Below, piece after piece: positions 9,380 to 17,891 of a DNA stretch of 64,000 nt (its first letter is position 1; each line of letters begins with the position of its first letter). The notes under the pieces are model-generated. The model was not told the DNA's origin, ran no database searches, and saw nothing but the letters and a program-made list of their open reading frames with translations. The DNA is from Chloroflexota bacterium (GTDB lineage: Bacteria; Chloroflexota; UBA11872). The stretch covers positions 2,519,925 to 2,583,924 of the forward strand of contig OZ244806.1 in the NCBI GenBank assembly GCA_965220075.1, written 5' to 3'. Both the position numbers and the translations under genes were made by a program.

Positions 9380-10726
9380 TCAGGGCCGGCCGGTAAGCGC
9401 GCCCAGTGAGCGGTCTCTCGCTTCGGCCAGGGAGGCCAGGCGCGCGGCGTCCATCACACCCTCTTCGGTGACGATCTGGGCGCTCGCGCCCAGACGGAAG
9501 CGGTCGAAGCCGGGTTCCAGCTCCAGCCCGCACACGCTTCTCACAACCCGCTCGGTCGTGGCCGTGACCACGGTGCGGGCGCCAACGTGCTCGGCCGCGC
9601 GCAGGAGCAACGCGCTGGGCCAGCCATTGATCGCGCCGGCCGCGGGGTCCAGAGCGTCCGCGCCCAGCAGCAGCAAGTCCACGTCTTCCAATCCGCGATC
9701 GAGAAGCGCGTCGTCCATCACGGCGGCGTCCAGTCCCGCGTCCCTGAGCTCCCTCGCCATACGGCGGCCATGGGCGTCCGCCCCGGCGCCCGAGGCCGCC
9801 ACCAGCACTTGCGGCCGGGCGCCGCTCCGGGCCAGCGACCGAAGCGCGCGCAGCACCAGCGAGCTGTAGCTGCCGGTCGCGATGCGCGCCGCTCCCGCAA
9901 TGAGCGCCGCTGTCTGTCGCGCCGTGCAGTCCCGCGCCTGGCGCTGCGCGTCGATGAGCTCGGCCGCGGCGCGGCGCGCATCGCGAGGGGCGCCACCGGA
10001 AGCCGCCACCTGCTCCCACCAGCGGGCGGCCAGACCCCCGATGGACGCCATGCCGGGACGCGCGGCCGCCAGCGCGCGGGCAAGCCGGTCAAGCTGCGCG
10101 ACCGCCTCGTCGCCGACCGCAACAGCCAGGGCGGCGTCCCCGAGCAACGCGAGTCCCTCGGCGGCCAGCGTGCTAGCGCCCTGCGTCCGGTTGTTCCGAA
10201 TAGCCCGGATGCGTGCGCGTATTTCCGGCCGGTCCACTCGCCGCGGCGCCGCACGCGCCCAGGTCTCGCCAAGCCGGGGCACGGCGCGCAGCCGTTGCAG
10301 GTCGTCCGGGTCGACCCAGCGGAGCTCCGTGTGCTCCCAGTCGAGCCGCGGGTCGGCCGCGGGGTCCAGGCGGTAGCGCGACGGGTGCACCACGAAGCGG
10401 CCACGCTGGCCGCCGGCCACCAGAGCGGGTGCGGCCGCCTCGAACACGACTTGGGGCGGGGCGAGGCCCGTCTCTTCGCGAATCTCACGCAGGGCCTGGT
10501 CGATAGGCGCCGCGTTGCCGGCAAGGCTGCCGCTCACGGCAGCCCAGCGCCCCGGAAACGTAGCGACTCGGCGGCTGCGTTTGAGGACGAGCAGCCGGCC
10601 GGCGCGGTGCAGAAACGCCGTCACCACGTGCCGGTCGCGCGCGGAAGAAACGGGGTTGCGGATAGCGCTGCGAGTCACCGAAGCGTGCGTCCTCGGACCG
10701 GGGGGCCTGAGAATATTTTGGCCCAT
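9380..10726 (-). CDS. Fusion protein: N-terminal NUDIX hydrolase domain with C-terminal eIF-2B alpha/beta/delta-like (MtnA/ribose-1,5-bisphosphate isomerase family) domain
   Basis: Nudix box GSLAGNAAPIDQALREIREETGL (GX5EX7REUXEEXGU) lies at the N-terminus. The C-terminal ~260 aa (GASTLAAEGLALL...ARPQVLVAASGAG...LLLGADALDPAAGAINGWPSALLLRAAEHVGARTVV) match the IF-2B family fold. Start is taken at ATG 10726, since upstream in-frame residues overlap an AT-rich divergent promoter. The N-terminal boundary is uncertain. Confidence 0.8.
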   Translation of the reverse strand: MGQNILRPPGPRTHASVTRSAIRNPVSSARDRHVVTAFLHRAGRLLVLKRSRRVATFPGRWAAVSGSLAGNAAPIDQALREIREETGLAPPQVVFEAAAPALVAGGQRGRFVVHPSRYRLDPAADPRLDWEHTELRWVDPDDLQRLRAVPRLGETWARAAPRRVDRPEIRARIRAIRNNRTQGASTLAAEGLALLGDAALAVAVGDEAVAQLDRLARALAAARPGMASIGGLAARWWEQVAASGGAPRDARRAAAELIDAQRQARDCTARQTAALIAGAARIATGSYSSLVLRALRSLARSGARPQVLVAASGAGADAHGRRMARELRDAGLDAAVMDDALLDRGLEDVDLLLLGADALDPAAGAINGWPSALLLRAAEHVGARTVVTATTERVVRSVCGLELEPGFDRFRLGASAQIVTEEGVMDAARLASLAEARDRSLGALTGRP

Positions 10727-10836
10727 GCGCCGCCCGCGCGCGGGCGGCGCCCCGTTGAGTCCACTAGCGAATCTGTCATATTTTGAAGTTGGACGACCCC
10801 CCAAGCGATAACGCTAAGAGCACAGCCACGGCCGCA

Positions 10837-11790
10837 ATGAGCTCCCTGAAGGTCCGTTTGCAGGTTGTCAACCCGGCAATGCTGGGCTGGCGGACCGGGG
10901 AGCACTATCTCAGGCGCGGATTCCGCGTGATCCAGGCAAACCCCTGGCCCTATGCGCTGATCCTCACGCTGCTGGCGATTCCGGCCGGGGCGGCGGCGGC
11001 GATCACGGTGTCCGAGCTGCCCGATGGTCCCGGCAAGGTGGCCGCGGTGTTCTTGCTCAACACCATCTCGGCGACCTTCGCCCCTCCGATTGTGATGATG
11101 GCCGTATCGGCCGGGTTCCGTGGAGAGGTTCTGAGCCTTGCCGCCTCGATCGGCCGCGGGGCGGTGTGGATTCCGCGTTACATCTGGACCAATCTCCACA
11201 CGACGCCGATCTTCTGGGTGCCTGTGACTCTGCTTGAGACGCTAAGGCAGTGGCGCTCCGATAACGCGCCGTTGGAGGGTCTGGCGGAGATTGCGCTGTC
11301 GGCAGCCTTCGTGATCGTGATCGCGGCGGTGGCGCTCTACCTGCACATGCGCACGTTGCTGGCGCCCTTCTTCGCCGTACATGGAAAGCTGCCGGGCACG
11401 CTGGCGACCATCGAGTCGTGGCGCCTCAGCGGCCGGCGCCCCGCCGAGACCTTCGGCACGATGGTCGTGGCGTCGGCCCCGGCGGCCGTGCCCAGCGGCG
11501 CGCTGATTCTCGGGCTCTATTTCAGTCTGGCGGGCGTTCCCGAGGCGCAGGCGGTGCTGGGTGCGATGCTGCCGTCGCTCGTTTTGGTCTTCATCAAGCT
11601 GGTGCGGCCTTTTCTTATTCCGGCGACCTATCTGCTGTACAACGACCTCTGGAGTGAGGAAGTCGACCGCCGAGCCCGCGAGGGACATCCACCGATTCCG
11701 TTCCTGGCCAGGCCGCTGCTGGCCCTTTCCCGCTGGCTCCCTCGGCTGGCGGGCTGGCTGATCGGGCGCAGGGTCGACTCGACGCTTTAG
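10837..11790 (+). CDS. hypothetical polytopic integral membrane protein
   Basis: About 318 aa from ATG 10837. It has 6-8 predicted TM helices (ALILTLLAIPAGAAAAI, AFVIVIAAVALYL, LPSLVLVFIKLV...). It is divergent from the Nudix-fusion gene. No domain recognised. Confidence 0.6.
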   Translation: MSSLKVRLQVVNPAMLGWRTGEHYLRRGFRVIQANPWPYALILTLLAIPAGAAAAITVSELPDGPGKVAAVFLLNTISATFAPPIVMMAVSAGFRGEVLSLAASIGRGAVWIPRYIWTNLHTTPIFWVPVTLLETLRQWRSDNAPLEGLAEIALSAAFVIVIAAVALYLHMRTLLAPFFAVHGKLPGTLATIESWRLSGRRPAETFGTMVVASAPAAVPSGALILGLYFSLAGVPEAQAVLGAMLPSLVLVFIKLVRPFLIPATYLLYNDLWSEEVDRRAREGHPPIPFLARPLLALSRWLPRLAGWLIGRRVDSTL

Positions 11791-11853
11791 CCCCGACTGC
11801 TTCGCCCGACGGCGCCGTGTCACGGGCGGGGCCGCCTTCGAGCCGGAGCGGTA

Positions 11854-12678
11854 CTACGGCACGCTGCTGTACGGGAACTCGCCGGGCAGATAGCGCACCG
11901 GTACCTGCGGGAAGCGCTCGCCCAGGTGGCCGGACAGCACTTTCATACCGGGTTTCTCGGCGGTCGAGTGATGCACGACCAGCGCCGGCACGTCGAGATC
12001 GAATGCGAGCTGCACGCCGTAGAGCCGAAAGCCGTCGTCCGTGACGAGCGCCGCGTCGGCGCCCAGATCGAGCATCGGGGGCAGATTGACAATCGCGCCG
12101 GTGCCGACCGCCATACGCTCCACGCGTTTGTTGCGATCACCCCAGATCAGAACGGTCTCCTGCCCGTAGGGCCGCACGCGCTCGAGCACGCGCTGCGCCA
12201 GCTCCTCGACTGTCATCCCGTTAACGAGGCAGATCCTGTAGTAAGACCCGACCGGGCGCGGCTCGGTCTCGAACCCGAACATGGTGGCCCAGGTATCCGC
12301 GATGCCGATGTCGGGCAGGCGGTCGGAGACATCGTGGCAGCGGAGCAACGTGATGCCCTTTTCACGGAGAAACGCGCGCTTTTGCTCCGCCATTCGGTGC
12401 ACGATAGCGGTGTCAAAGTAACCCGGTCCCTGATAGAACGCCGGCTCGTGACAGATAAACAGGTTGAATCCCGCCTGAGCGGCCTCGTTGAGGACCTTGT
12501 TGGTAGCCATCCAGGCGACGGCGATGCCCGTGACCTCGGATTCGGGGTCGCCGAAGATGAAGCGATCGGGACCGGGCCAGGTGGGGTCAACCGGGTAGAC
12601 GCTGGGGGGCTCGCTGCCCACCTCGGAGAGCCATGCGCCGATTTCGATGAGGTGCTCCATCACGGCTCTTGCGCGCAT
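11854..12678 (-). CDS. Nif3-like dinuclear metal centre protein (YqfO/YbgI family; GTP cyclohydrolase 1 type 2 homolog)
   Basis: 274 aa. Conserved blocks FNLFICHEPAFY and C-terminal DAALVTDDGFRLYGVQLAFDLDVPALVVHHSTAE are typical of the Nif3 family. Confidence 0.8.
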   Translation of the reverse strand: MRARAVMEHLIEIGAWLSEVGSEPPSVYPVDPTWPGPDRFIFGDPESEVTGIAVAWMATNKVLNEAAQAGFNLFICHEPAFYQGPGYFDTAIVHRMAEQKRAFLREKGITLLRCHDVSDRLPDIGIADTWATMFGFETEPRPVGSYYRICLVNGMTVEELAQRVLERVRPYGQETVLIWGDRNKRVERMAVGTGAIVNLPPMLDLGADAALVTDDGFRLYGVQLAFDLDVPALVVHHSTAEKPGMKVLSGHLGERFPQVPVRYLPGEFPYSSVP

Positions 12679-12807
12679 CGACTGCCTTCCTTATCGCAAT
12701 TCACTAAGCGGCACGCCGGTCACCATAGCCCCAGGCATCCGCCAGCGGCCAGCCAATCCCCGCGCGGGTCGTTCAGAAGCGCGTAAAACAAGACCGGGCA
12801 CGCCAAC

Positions 12808-13509
12808 TCAAACCGGCGATTGGCGCTTCAGCGTCTCCAGCAGCTCGTGCGGTACGCCTGGCAGTCGGTCCCACGGGTAGTGCTCGACGACCTGGTCCGT
12901 GGTCGTGATAAACGCCAGATGCCAGCCAAGGGTCAGGAGGGTGCTCTCGTGCAGCCGCTGCAGACAGCTCATGCAGGCGTCTTCCACCACCACGGCCTGA
13001 TAGCGGCAATCAACGGCGCCGCGCACTGTGGACTCCAGGCAAAAGGAGGTGTCGGAACCGGCGAAGAAGGCGCTGCCGACGCCGCGCCGCCGCAGCACGG
13101 CGTCCAGGCCGGACGCGTTGAACGCGCCGGTGGCCCACTTGTAGACGACCGGCTCGCCCTCACGCGGCTCGAGAGGCGGGTACTGGTGCCGGTGCCAGTC
13201 CCACTGCACGAACACGACCGGGCGCTGCTTCGACCGGAAGAAGTCCACGAGGCGGATGGCGTTGGGCACCGTCTCTGCGTAGATGCGCTGGGCCAGCTCT
13301 TCCCCCAACGCCGGTGCGTAGCGCCCAAAGTCCTCGATATAGAGGTCGAACGCCTTCTTATCGAAGTCCACCAGGACCAGAGCGCTCTGCCGCGGGTCGA
13401 TTTCGACGGCCTTGCGGCGCTCGATGTGGGCGGCGACGTCCCAACTTCCTTGCGACACGGGCCGCGGCCAGGTGAGCGGCTTGTCCCATTGACTCTGCCA
13501 GGCTTGCAT
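12808..13509 (-). CDS. Isochorismatase-family cysteine hydrolase
   Basis: 233 aa. ALVLVDFDKKAF (beta1 with catalytic Asp) and AFFAGSDTSFCLESTVRGAVDCRYQAVVVEDAC (catalytic Cys) match the isochorismatase/CSHase fold. Confidence 0.8.
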   Translation of the reverse strand: MQAWQSQWDKPLTWPRPVSQGSWDVAAHIERRKAVEIDPRQSALVLVDFDKKAFDLYIEDFGRYAPALGEELAQRIYAETVPNAIRLVDFFRSKQRPVVFVQWDWHRHQYPPLEPREGEPVVYKWATGAFNASGLDAVLRRRGVGSAFFAGSDTSFCLESTVRGAVDCRYQAVVVEDACMSCLQRLHESTLLTLGWHLAFITTTDQVVEHYPWDRLPGVPHELLETLKRQSPV

Positions 13510-13702
13510 CGATATCGCTCCTTCCGCGGGTCGCGAGCGCCCGTAGGCAGCAGCTTACTTTGGGGGGCGCAGGCGTTTTCTCACGGCTGGCCCGTTCGCT
13601 CGCTTGCGCTGCGCGAATCGTGCCCGGCTACCCGCAACCACCGTACGCGGGGGCAACCTGAGCTTTGTCGGACCGCCCGCACCGCAGGCGAGACACACCG
13701 AT

Positions 13703-14614
13703 CTACCGCGCCGCGACGGCCGCGATTTGCTCGCGCTCCTGCTCCGATAGCTCGATCTCGGCGGCGGCCGCGTTCTCCTGGATTTCCTCGGGTTTGCGCG
13801 TGCCGGCCAGCGCGACGCTGACGATCGGGTTCGAGATGACCCAGGCCAACGCCAGCTGAGCGATGGTGATGCCCTTTGCGGCGGCGATCTTCTTCAACTC
13901 GTCCACCCTTTCGAGGTTGCGCAGAAAGTGCTCGCCCTCGAAGAGGGGCTGCTCGAACGCCACGCCTCGCTTGCGCCAGTCGTCCTCGCCGAAGGTGGTT
14001 TCGGGGGTCATCGTTCCGGTCAACAGCCCGTGCGCCATAGGGCCGAAGGCCATGACGCCCAGGCCGTGCTGCCGGCAGCAGGGAAACAGCTCAGCCTCCG
14101 GGCGGCGGTCGAACAAGTGGTAGCCGATCTGCTCGCAGATGATCGGGATGGTCTCCAGACACTCGACTATCTGCGCGGCGCCGAAGTTGCTCACACCGGC
14201 ATACCTGATCTTGCCCTGCCGCTGGAAGTCGGCCATGGCCTCCATGGGGTCGGAGCAGGGAACGCTCGGATCGGGCCAGTGGACCAGGTAGAGGTCGAGA
14301 TAGTCGGTCTGGAGCCGGCGCAAGCTGCCCTCGATGTCCTGCTCGAGGCTGGCACGTGAGCCGCCGCCCTTGCTGACCAGCACCACGCGGTCGCGCTTTC
14401 CCTTGAGCGCGCGGCCCAGCAGCTTCTCGCCTTCGCCCCCTCCATAGCCAGCCGCGGTATCGAAAAGGGTCACGCCCAGATCGATGGCGGCGTGCACCGC
14501 GCGGACGACTTCCTCGTCTTCGAACGGGCCGTACTGCCCGCGTCCCATCGGAAACCCGCCAAAGCCGATTACCGACGTGACCACGTCCGACTTGCCGAGA
14601 TTGCGGTAACGCAC
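13703..14614 (-). CDS. Aldo/keto reductase family oxidoreductase
   Basis: 303 aa. MRYRNLGKSDVVTSVIGFG...LFDTAAGYGGGEGEKLLGRAL...VVLVSKGG and IPGTRKPEEIQENAAA-like C-terminus are canonical AKR motifs. Confidence 0.9.
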   Translation of the reverse strand: MRYRNLGKSDVVTSVIGFGGFPMGRGQYGPFEDEEVVRAVHAAIDLGVTLFDTAAGYGGGEGEKLLGRALKGKRDRVVLVSKGGGSRASLEQDIEGSLRRLQTDYLDLYLVHWPDPSVPCSDPMEAMADFQRQGKIRYAGVSNFGAAQIVECLETIPIICEQIGYHLFDRRPEAELFPCCRQHGLGVMAFGPMAHGLLTGTMTPETTFGEDDWRKRGVAFEQPLFEGEHFLRNLERVDELKKIAAAKGITIAQLALAWVISNPIVSVALAGTRKPEEIQENAAAAEIELSEQEREQIAAVAAR

Positions 14615-14686
14615 CTTCGCACCTCCAACGCTGCAACCTCACCCACCATGCGCAGTATGTCCGGAGAGACGCCCGGTGGCCCGTCG

Positions 14687-14716
14687 GGTGGCCCGACCTT
14701 CAGGTCGGGCCACCGG
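14687..14716. repeat. REP-like palindromic element, copy 1 (GGTGGCCCGACC-TTCA-GGTCGGGCCACC)
   Basis: Perfect 12-bp inverted repeat around TTCA, in the AKR/higB intergenic space. Near-identical copies occur at 16922-16972 and 17788-17817. Confidence 0.8.
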
Positions 14717-14723
14717 GTGAATT

Positions 14724-14747
14724 GTAACCTGAGCGGTAACAGGTTAC
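14724..14747. promoter_or_regulatory. Palindrome GTAACCTG-N8-CAGGTTAC immediately upstream of higB start (candidate HigA operator)
   Basis: Perfect 8-bp inverted repeat that ends 10 nt before the higB ATG. TA operons are typically autoregulated through such palindromes. Confidence 0.4.
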
Positions 14748-14757
14748 ACTTGCGCGC

Positions 14758-15036
14758 ATGATCCTTGGTTTCCGTCACAGGGGGCTGCGACGGCTGTACG
14801 AGAAGGGGGACCGGCGGCGCATCCCGCCCGAGTATGTCGCGAAGGTTGAGCGCATCCTGGCTCGGCTCGATGTGGCGGCAGAGCCGCGGAATATGGACAT
14901 GCCGGGTTACAGACTGCATTCGTTGAGCGGTGATCTCGAGGGCTTCTGGTCGGTGAGCGTATCCGGTAACTGGCGGCTGATCTTCCGTTTTGACGCAGGT
15001 AACGTCCGCGACGTAGACCTGATCGACTATCACTAG
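14758..15036 (+). CDS. higB: Type II toxin HigB (RelE/ParE superfamily, 'plasmid maintenance system killer')
   Basis: 92 aa. RRLYEKGD...[13 protein letters not shown]...[32 protein letters not shown]...VDLIDYH matches the HigB family. It is followed 14 nt later by an XRE-type antitoxin. Confidence 0.85.
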   Translation: MILGFRHRGLRRLYEKGDRRRIPPEYVAKVERILARLDVAAEPRNMDMPGYRLHSLSGDLEGFWSVSVSGNWRLIFRFDAGNVRDVDLIDYH

Positions 15037-15049
15037 AGGGGAGAAGAGG

Positions 15050-15343
15050 ATGTCCATGAAGAATCCACCTCATCCGGGGCTATCCGTTCGTCACGACTGC
15101 CTGGAGCCACTTGGCCTGAGCGTAACGGAGGCGGCACGAAGGCTGGGGGTGAGCCGCAAGCAGCTATCAGGGATCGTGAACGGTCATTCGGGAATCTCTC
15201 CAGAGATGGCGATCCGCCTCGACAAGGCGTTCGGAGGCGGCGCGACCACCTGGTACCAGATGCAGGCGGCATATGACCTGGCACAGGCGGCCAACAAGGC
15301 CGACAGCATCGATGTCGACCGCATTGAGCTTTCAGTAAGGTAA
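15050..15343 (+). CDS. higA: Antitoxin HigA (XRE-family HTH, addiction-module antidote)
   Basis: 97 aa. [40 protein letters not shown] is the HigA-type HTH. The toxin-first gene order is characteristic of higBA. Confidence 0.85.
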   Translation: MSMKNPPHPGLSVRHDCLEPLGLSVTEAARRLGVSRKQLSGIVNGHSGISPEMAIRLDKAFGGGATTWYQMQAAYDLAQAANKADSIDVDRIELSVR

Positions 15344-15588
15344 CCGCTTTGCACCAGGCGCAGTTGAGCAGTCGGCGGCCAGGGCGTTCATGTAGGCGGG
15401 CTTCGGTTATGCATCTAGGGAATCCATGCCGCTCGAGCGGCTGCCGCACCTCCCAGCCTTCCCAACCGGCTTGCTTGAGCCCGCCGAGCATGCGCGCCAG
15501 GTCCGGCGTGGGCCCGTATTCGAGAGTGTTGTAGGCGAGTCTTAGTGCCATTGCTGGTTTCCAGCGCTATCGCGGGGCATCTGACCTG

Positions 15589-16701
15589 CTACGCGTGGAG
15601 GATGAGCTGGGCGGTCACGTCGGTGAGGCGCCGGAGCTCGTCGTGCGGCATCCGTTCGGCGACGGAGTGCACGTCGTGGTAGCCGACCGCCAGAATCGCG
15701 GTCGCAATGCCCTTTTCGTTGAAGTTCTGGGCATCGCTTCCACCGTGCGTAGAGATGTGACGGGGCTCGAGGCCGGCGGCGGCAATGGCGGTGTCGGCGA
15801 GCCGTATAGCCGGGTGATCGTCGTCAAATCGGGTGACCTTGAACCGGCCCCTTTGCGTATAGTCGACGCGGCCGCCAAACGCGGCCGCGGCATCCTCGCA
15901 GGCCCGGCGCATGGCGGCCATCTGCCGTTCGAGGGCCTCCTGGTCCAGGCTTCGCGCCTGACCCACGAGCTTGACCTCCGGGGGCACGATGTTGGCCGCC
16001 TGGCCGCCTGACACGACGCCGACGTTGGCGACCGTCACGTCATCGACCCGGCCCAGCGGCATGTTGTCCACCGCGCGCGCTTGCATGGCAATGGCGTTGA
16101 TCCCGGTCTCCGGCGCGATGCCGGCGTGCGCGGCCTTCCCGTGGAAGATTGCTTCGAAGCCGTAGGAGGCGGCCTGGCGCGTGACGAGATCTCCAACGGG
16201 GCCGCCGGCATCCAGGACGAAGGCCACGCGCGCGTCGATATCGTTCGGATCAAAGGCGTCGGCGCCGAATTGCCCGACGTCCTCGCCCACCGTGAAGACC
16301 AGCTCGATCGGCCCGTGATCCACCCCCGCGTCATGGACGGCGAGGACAGCCTCGACGATGGCGGCCACGCCGGCCTTGTCGTCCGCCCCCAGCACGCTGG
16401 AGCCGTCGGAGTAGACGCCGTCCACCTTGACGACCGGCCGCATGCCGGGCGTGGGCTGCACCGTGTCCATGTGGGCATTGAGCATGATTGGCAGCGTCTG
16501 CTTGCCCTTGGCCGGCCACTTGCCGATGAGATTGCCAATCTCGTCGCGCGTAAAGACCACCCCGATGTCCTCCAGCAGCGGCTGAATGATCGCCACCACG
16601 CGGCCCTCGTTGCCCCAGTAGCTATCGACGCTGAGGATGTCGACGAAGGTCTTGAGCAACCGGTCGTGGTTGACGGCGACGGGGACGGCTGGGGTTGTCA
16701 T
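15589..16701 (-). CDS. M20-family metallopeptidase (peptidase T/tripeptidase-like)
   Basis: About 370 aa from ATG 16701. NAHMDTV, GADDKAGVAAIVEAV and HGKAAHAGIAPE...G are the metal-binding and catalytic motifs of the M20/ArgE/PepT family. Confidence 0.85.
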   Translation of the reverse strand: MTTPAVPVAVNHDRLLKTFVDILSVDSYWGNEGRVVAIIQPLLEDIGVVFTRDEIGNLIGKWPAKGKQTLPIMLNAHMDTVQPTPGMRPVVKVDGVYSDGSSVLGADDKAGVAAIVEAVLAVHDAGVDHGPIELVFTVGEDVGQFGADAFDPNDIDARVAFVLDAGGPVGDLVTRQAASYGFEAIFHGKAAHAGIAPETGINAIAMQARAVDNMPLGRVDDVTVANVGVVSGGQAANIVPPEVKLVGQARSLDQEALERQMAAMRRACEDAAAAFGGRVDYTQRGRFKVTRFDDDHPAIRLADTAIAAAGLEPRHISTHGGSDAQNFNEKGIATAILAVGYHDVHSVAERMPHDELRRLTDVTAQLILHA

Positions 16702-16921
16702 CGTGAAGATCGTCTCCAGGCGGCGGCGCACGATAGCGGGCCGCGCTGCTTGGCACCGGACAGGCTACAGCGTCCTTATCGTACGGTCGTCATCCGCAGC
16801 CACCGCAAACGCCGGTGCGAGACCGCTGGCGGGTTGTGCCGCCCCAACGTCCATCAGCCGCGCGGCGCTCGCGAGCCGCCGTGCGCTACGCGCTTCCCAC
16901 GGACAGCTTGCAATACGCGCG

Positions 16922-16972
16922 CGAACGCGGCCCGGTGCCCCGACCTTCAGGTCGGGATTGAGCCCGTGGTCG
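16922..16972. repeat. REP-like palindromic element, copy 2 (interrupted variant)
   Basis: CCCGACCTTCAGGTCGGG hairpin followed by GTGGTCGGGCCACCGG, lying between the M20 peptidase and doc. Confidence 0.7.
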
Positions 16973-17057
16973 GGCCACCGGACCTCAGGAAGTTTCGGCA
17001 GAGCGGACCTGTCCGGCGCATCGCTTTCCCTGCAAAGGAAACGGCGTTCGGTCAAGG

Positions 17058-17447
17058 CTACTTTGTAAACGGAAGAGATTTGACATTTTCCTCGAGCCAC
17101 TCGTGCAGCTCAGCGAATCGAAACGAACCGGTCGCAAACAGGCGCATGATGAAGGCGTGGGCCTCAGCGCCGTCGCAGTCGATGAAGCGGCCGTTCAGGC
17201 GCAGGAAGACGTCGGTGGCGGCGAAGGCCGCCCGCTTGTTGCCATCCACGAAGGGATGGTTCACGGCCAGGCTCTCCATGAGCGCGGCCGCTTCCTGAAT
17301 GAGTCCCTCGTAGTAGCCAAGCTGCGGGCGCATGAGGGCGGATTCCAGCGCGCCGGCGTCGCGCAGGCCCGCCGCGCCGCCGAACTCGCGGATCAGCTGG
17401 GCGTGCATGACCACAACCTCCTCGAGCGTAGGGAAGTCGTGAGTCAC
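17058..17447 (-). CDS. doc: Type II toxin Doc (Fic/Doc family, death-on-curing)
   Basis: 129 aa with the Fic/Doc motif HPFVDGNKRAAF. It overlaps the upstream antitoxin gene by 4 nt. Confidence 0.9.
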   Translation of the reverse strand: MTHDFPTLEEVVVMHAQLIREFGGAAGLRDAGALESALMRPQLGYYEGLIQEAAALMESLAVNHPFVDGNKRAAFAATDVFLRLNGRFIDCDGAEAHAFIMRLFATGSFRFAELHEWLEENVKSLPFTK

Positions 17448-17674
17448 TCAGCGAGCAACTCCATCAGGCGGCGGTTTACCTCGACGCTGGCCTGGTAGTG
17501 GGCCATCACCTCGGGGCGGACCCTCCCGCTCGCTTTGCCTTCGATGTACGCCCGCATGGCGTCTTCCAGCACCGCCTGGAAGTGACGGCCGTCCTCGCGG
17601 GCGATCTCGCGCATTGCCGTCAGCAACTCCGGGGCGGCCTGGCTGGAGAACTTCTCGCGCGACGCAACCATCAC
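17444..17674 (-). CDS. phd: Antitoxin for Doc (Phd/ribbon-helix-helix-type)
   Basis: 76 aa small acidic/basic protein immediately upstream of doc and translationally coupled to it. This is the canonical phd-doc arrangement. Confidence 0.75.
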   Translation of the reverse strand: MMVASREKFSSQAAPELLTAMREIAREDGRHFQAVLEDAMRAYIEGKASGRVRPEVMAHYQASVEVNRRLMELLAE

Positions 17675-17787
17675 TCAATCTCCTCAAAGGCGTCTTTGAG
17701 TGTGGAGCACTGCGGCGGCGTGGTCAAGAAACAGCTTGACGGAGATGGACAGCCGCGGGGTCAGGTCACCAGCCCCAGGTTTTGCCC

Positions 17788-17817
17788 GGTGGCCCGACCT
17801 TCAGGTTGGGCCACCGG
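17788..17817. repeat. REP-like palindromic element, copy 3
   Basis: GGTGGCCCGACCTTCAGGTTGGGCCACCGG, lying between phd and the sarcosine-oxidase-like gene. Confidence 0.8.
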
Positions 17818-17891
17818 GCGTTGCGGCGGCTTGGGCTGATCCGGGTTCACTGACGGCTCTTGGCTTATGCTGCGGCAGGTTCTTGCTGGAT

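Noticed and set aside
8210-10786. Long alternative-frame ORFs (8210-9226 +, 9587-10786 +, 9718-10524 -, 9303-10019 -)
   Set aside because: These are shadow ORFs of the penicillin-acylase and Nudix-IF2B genes and are GC-driven.
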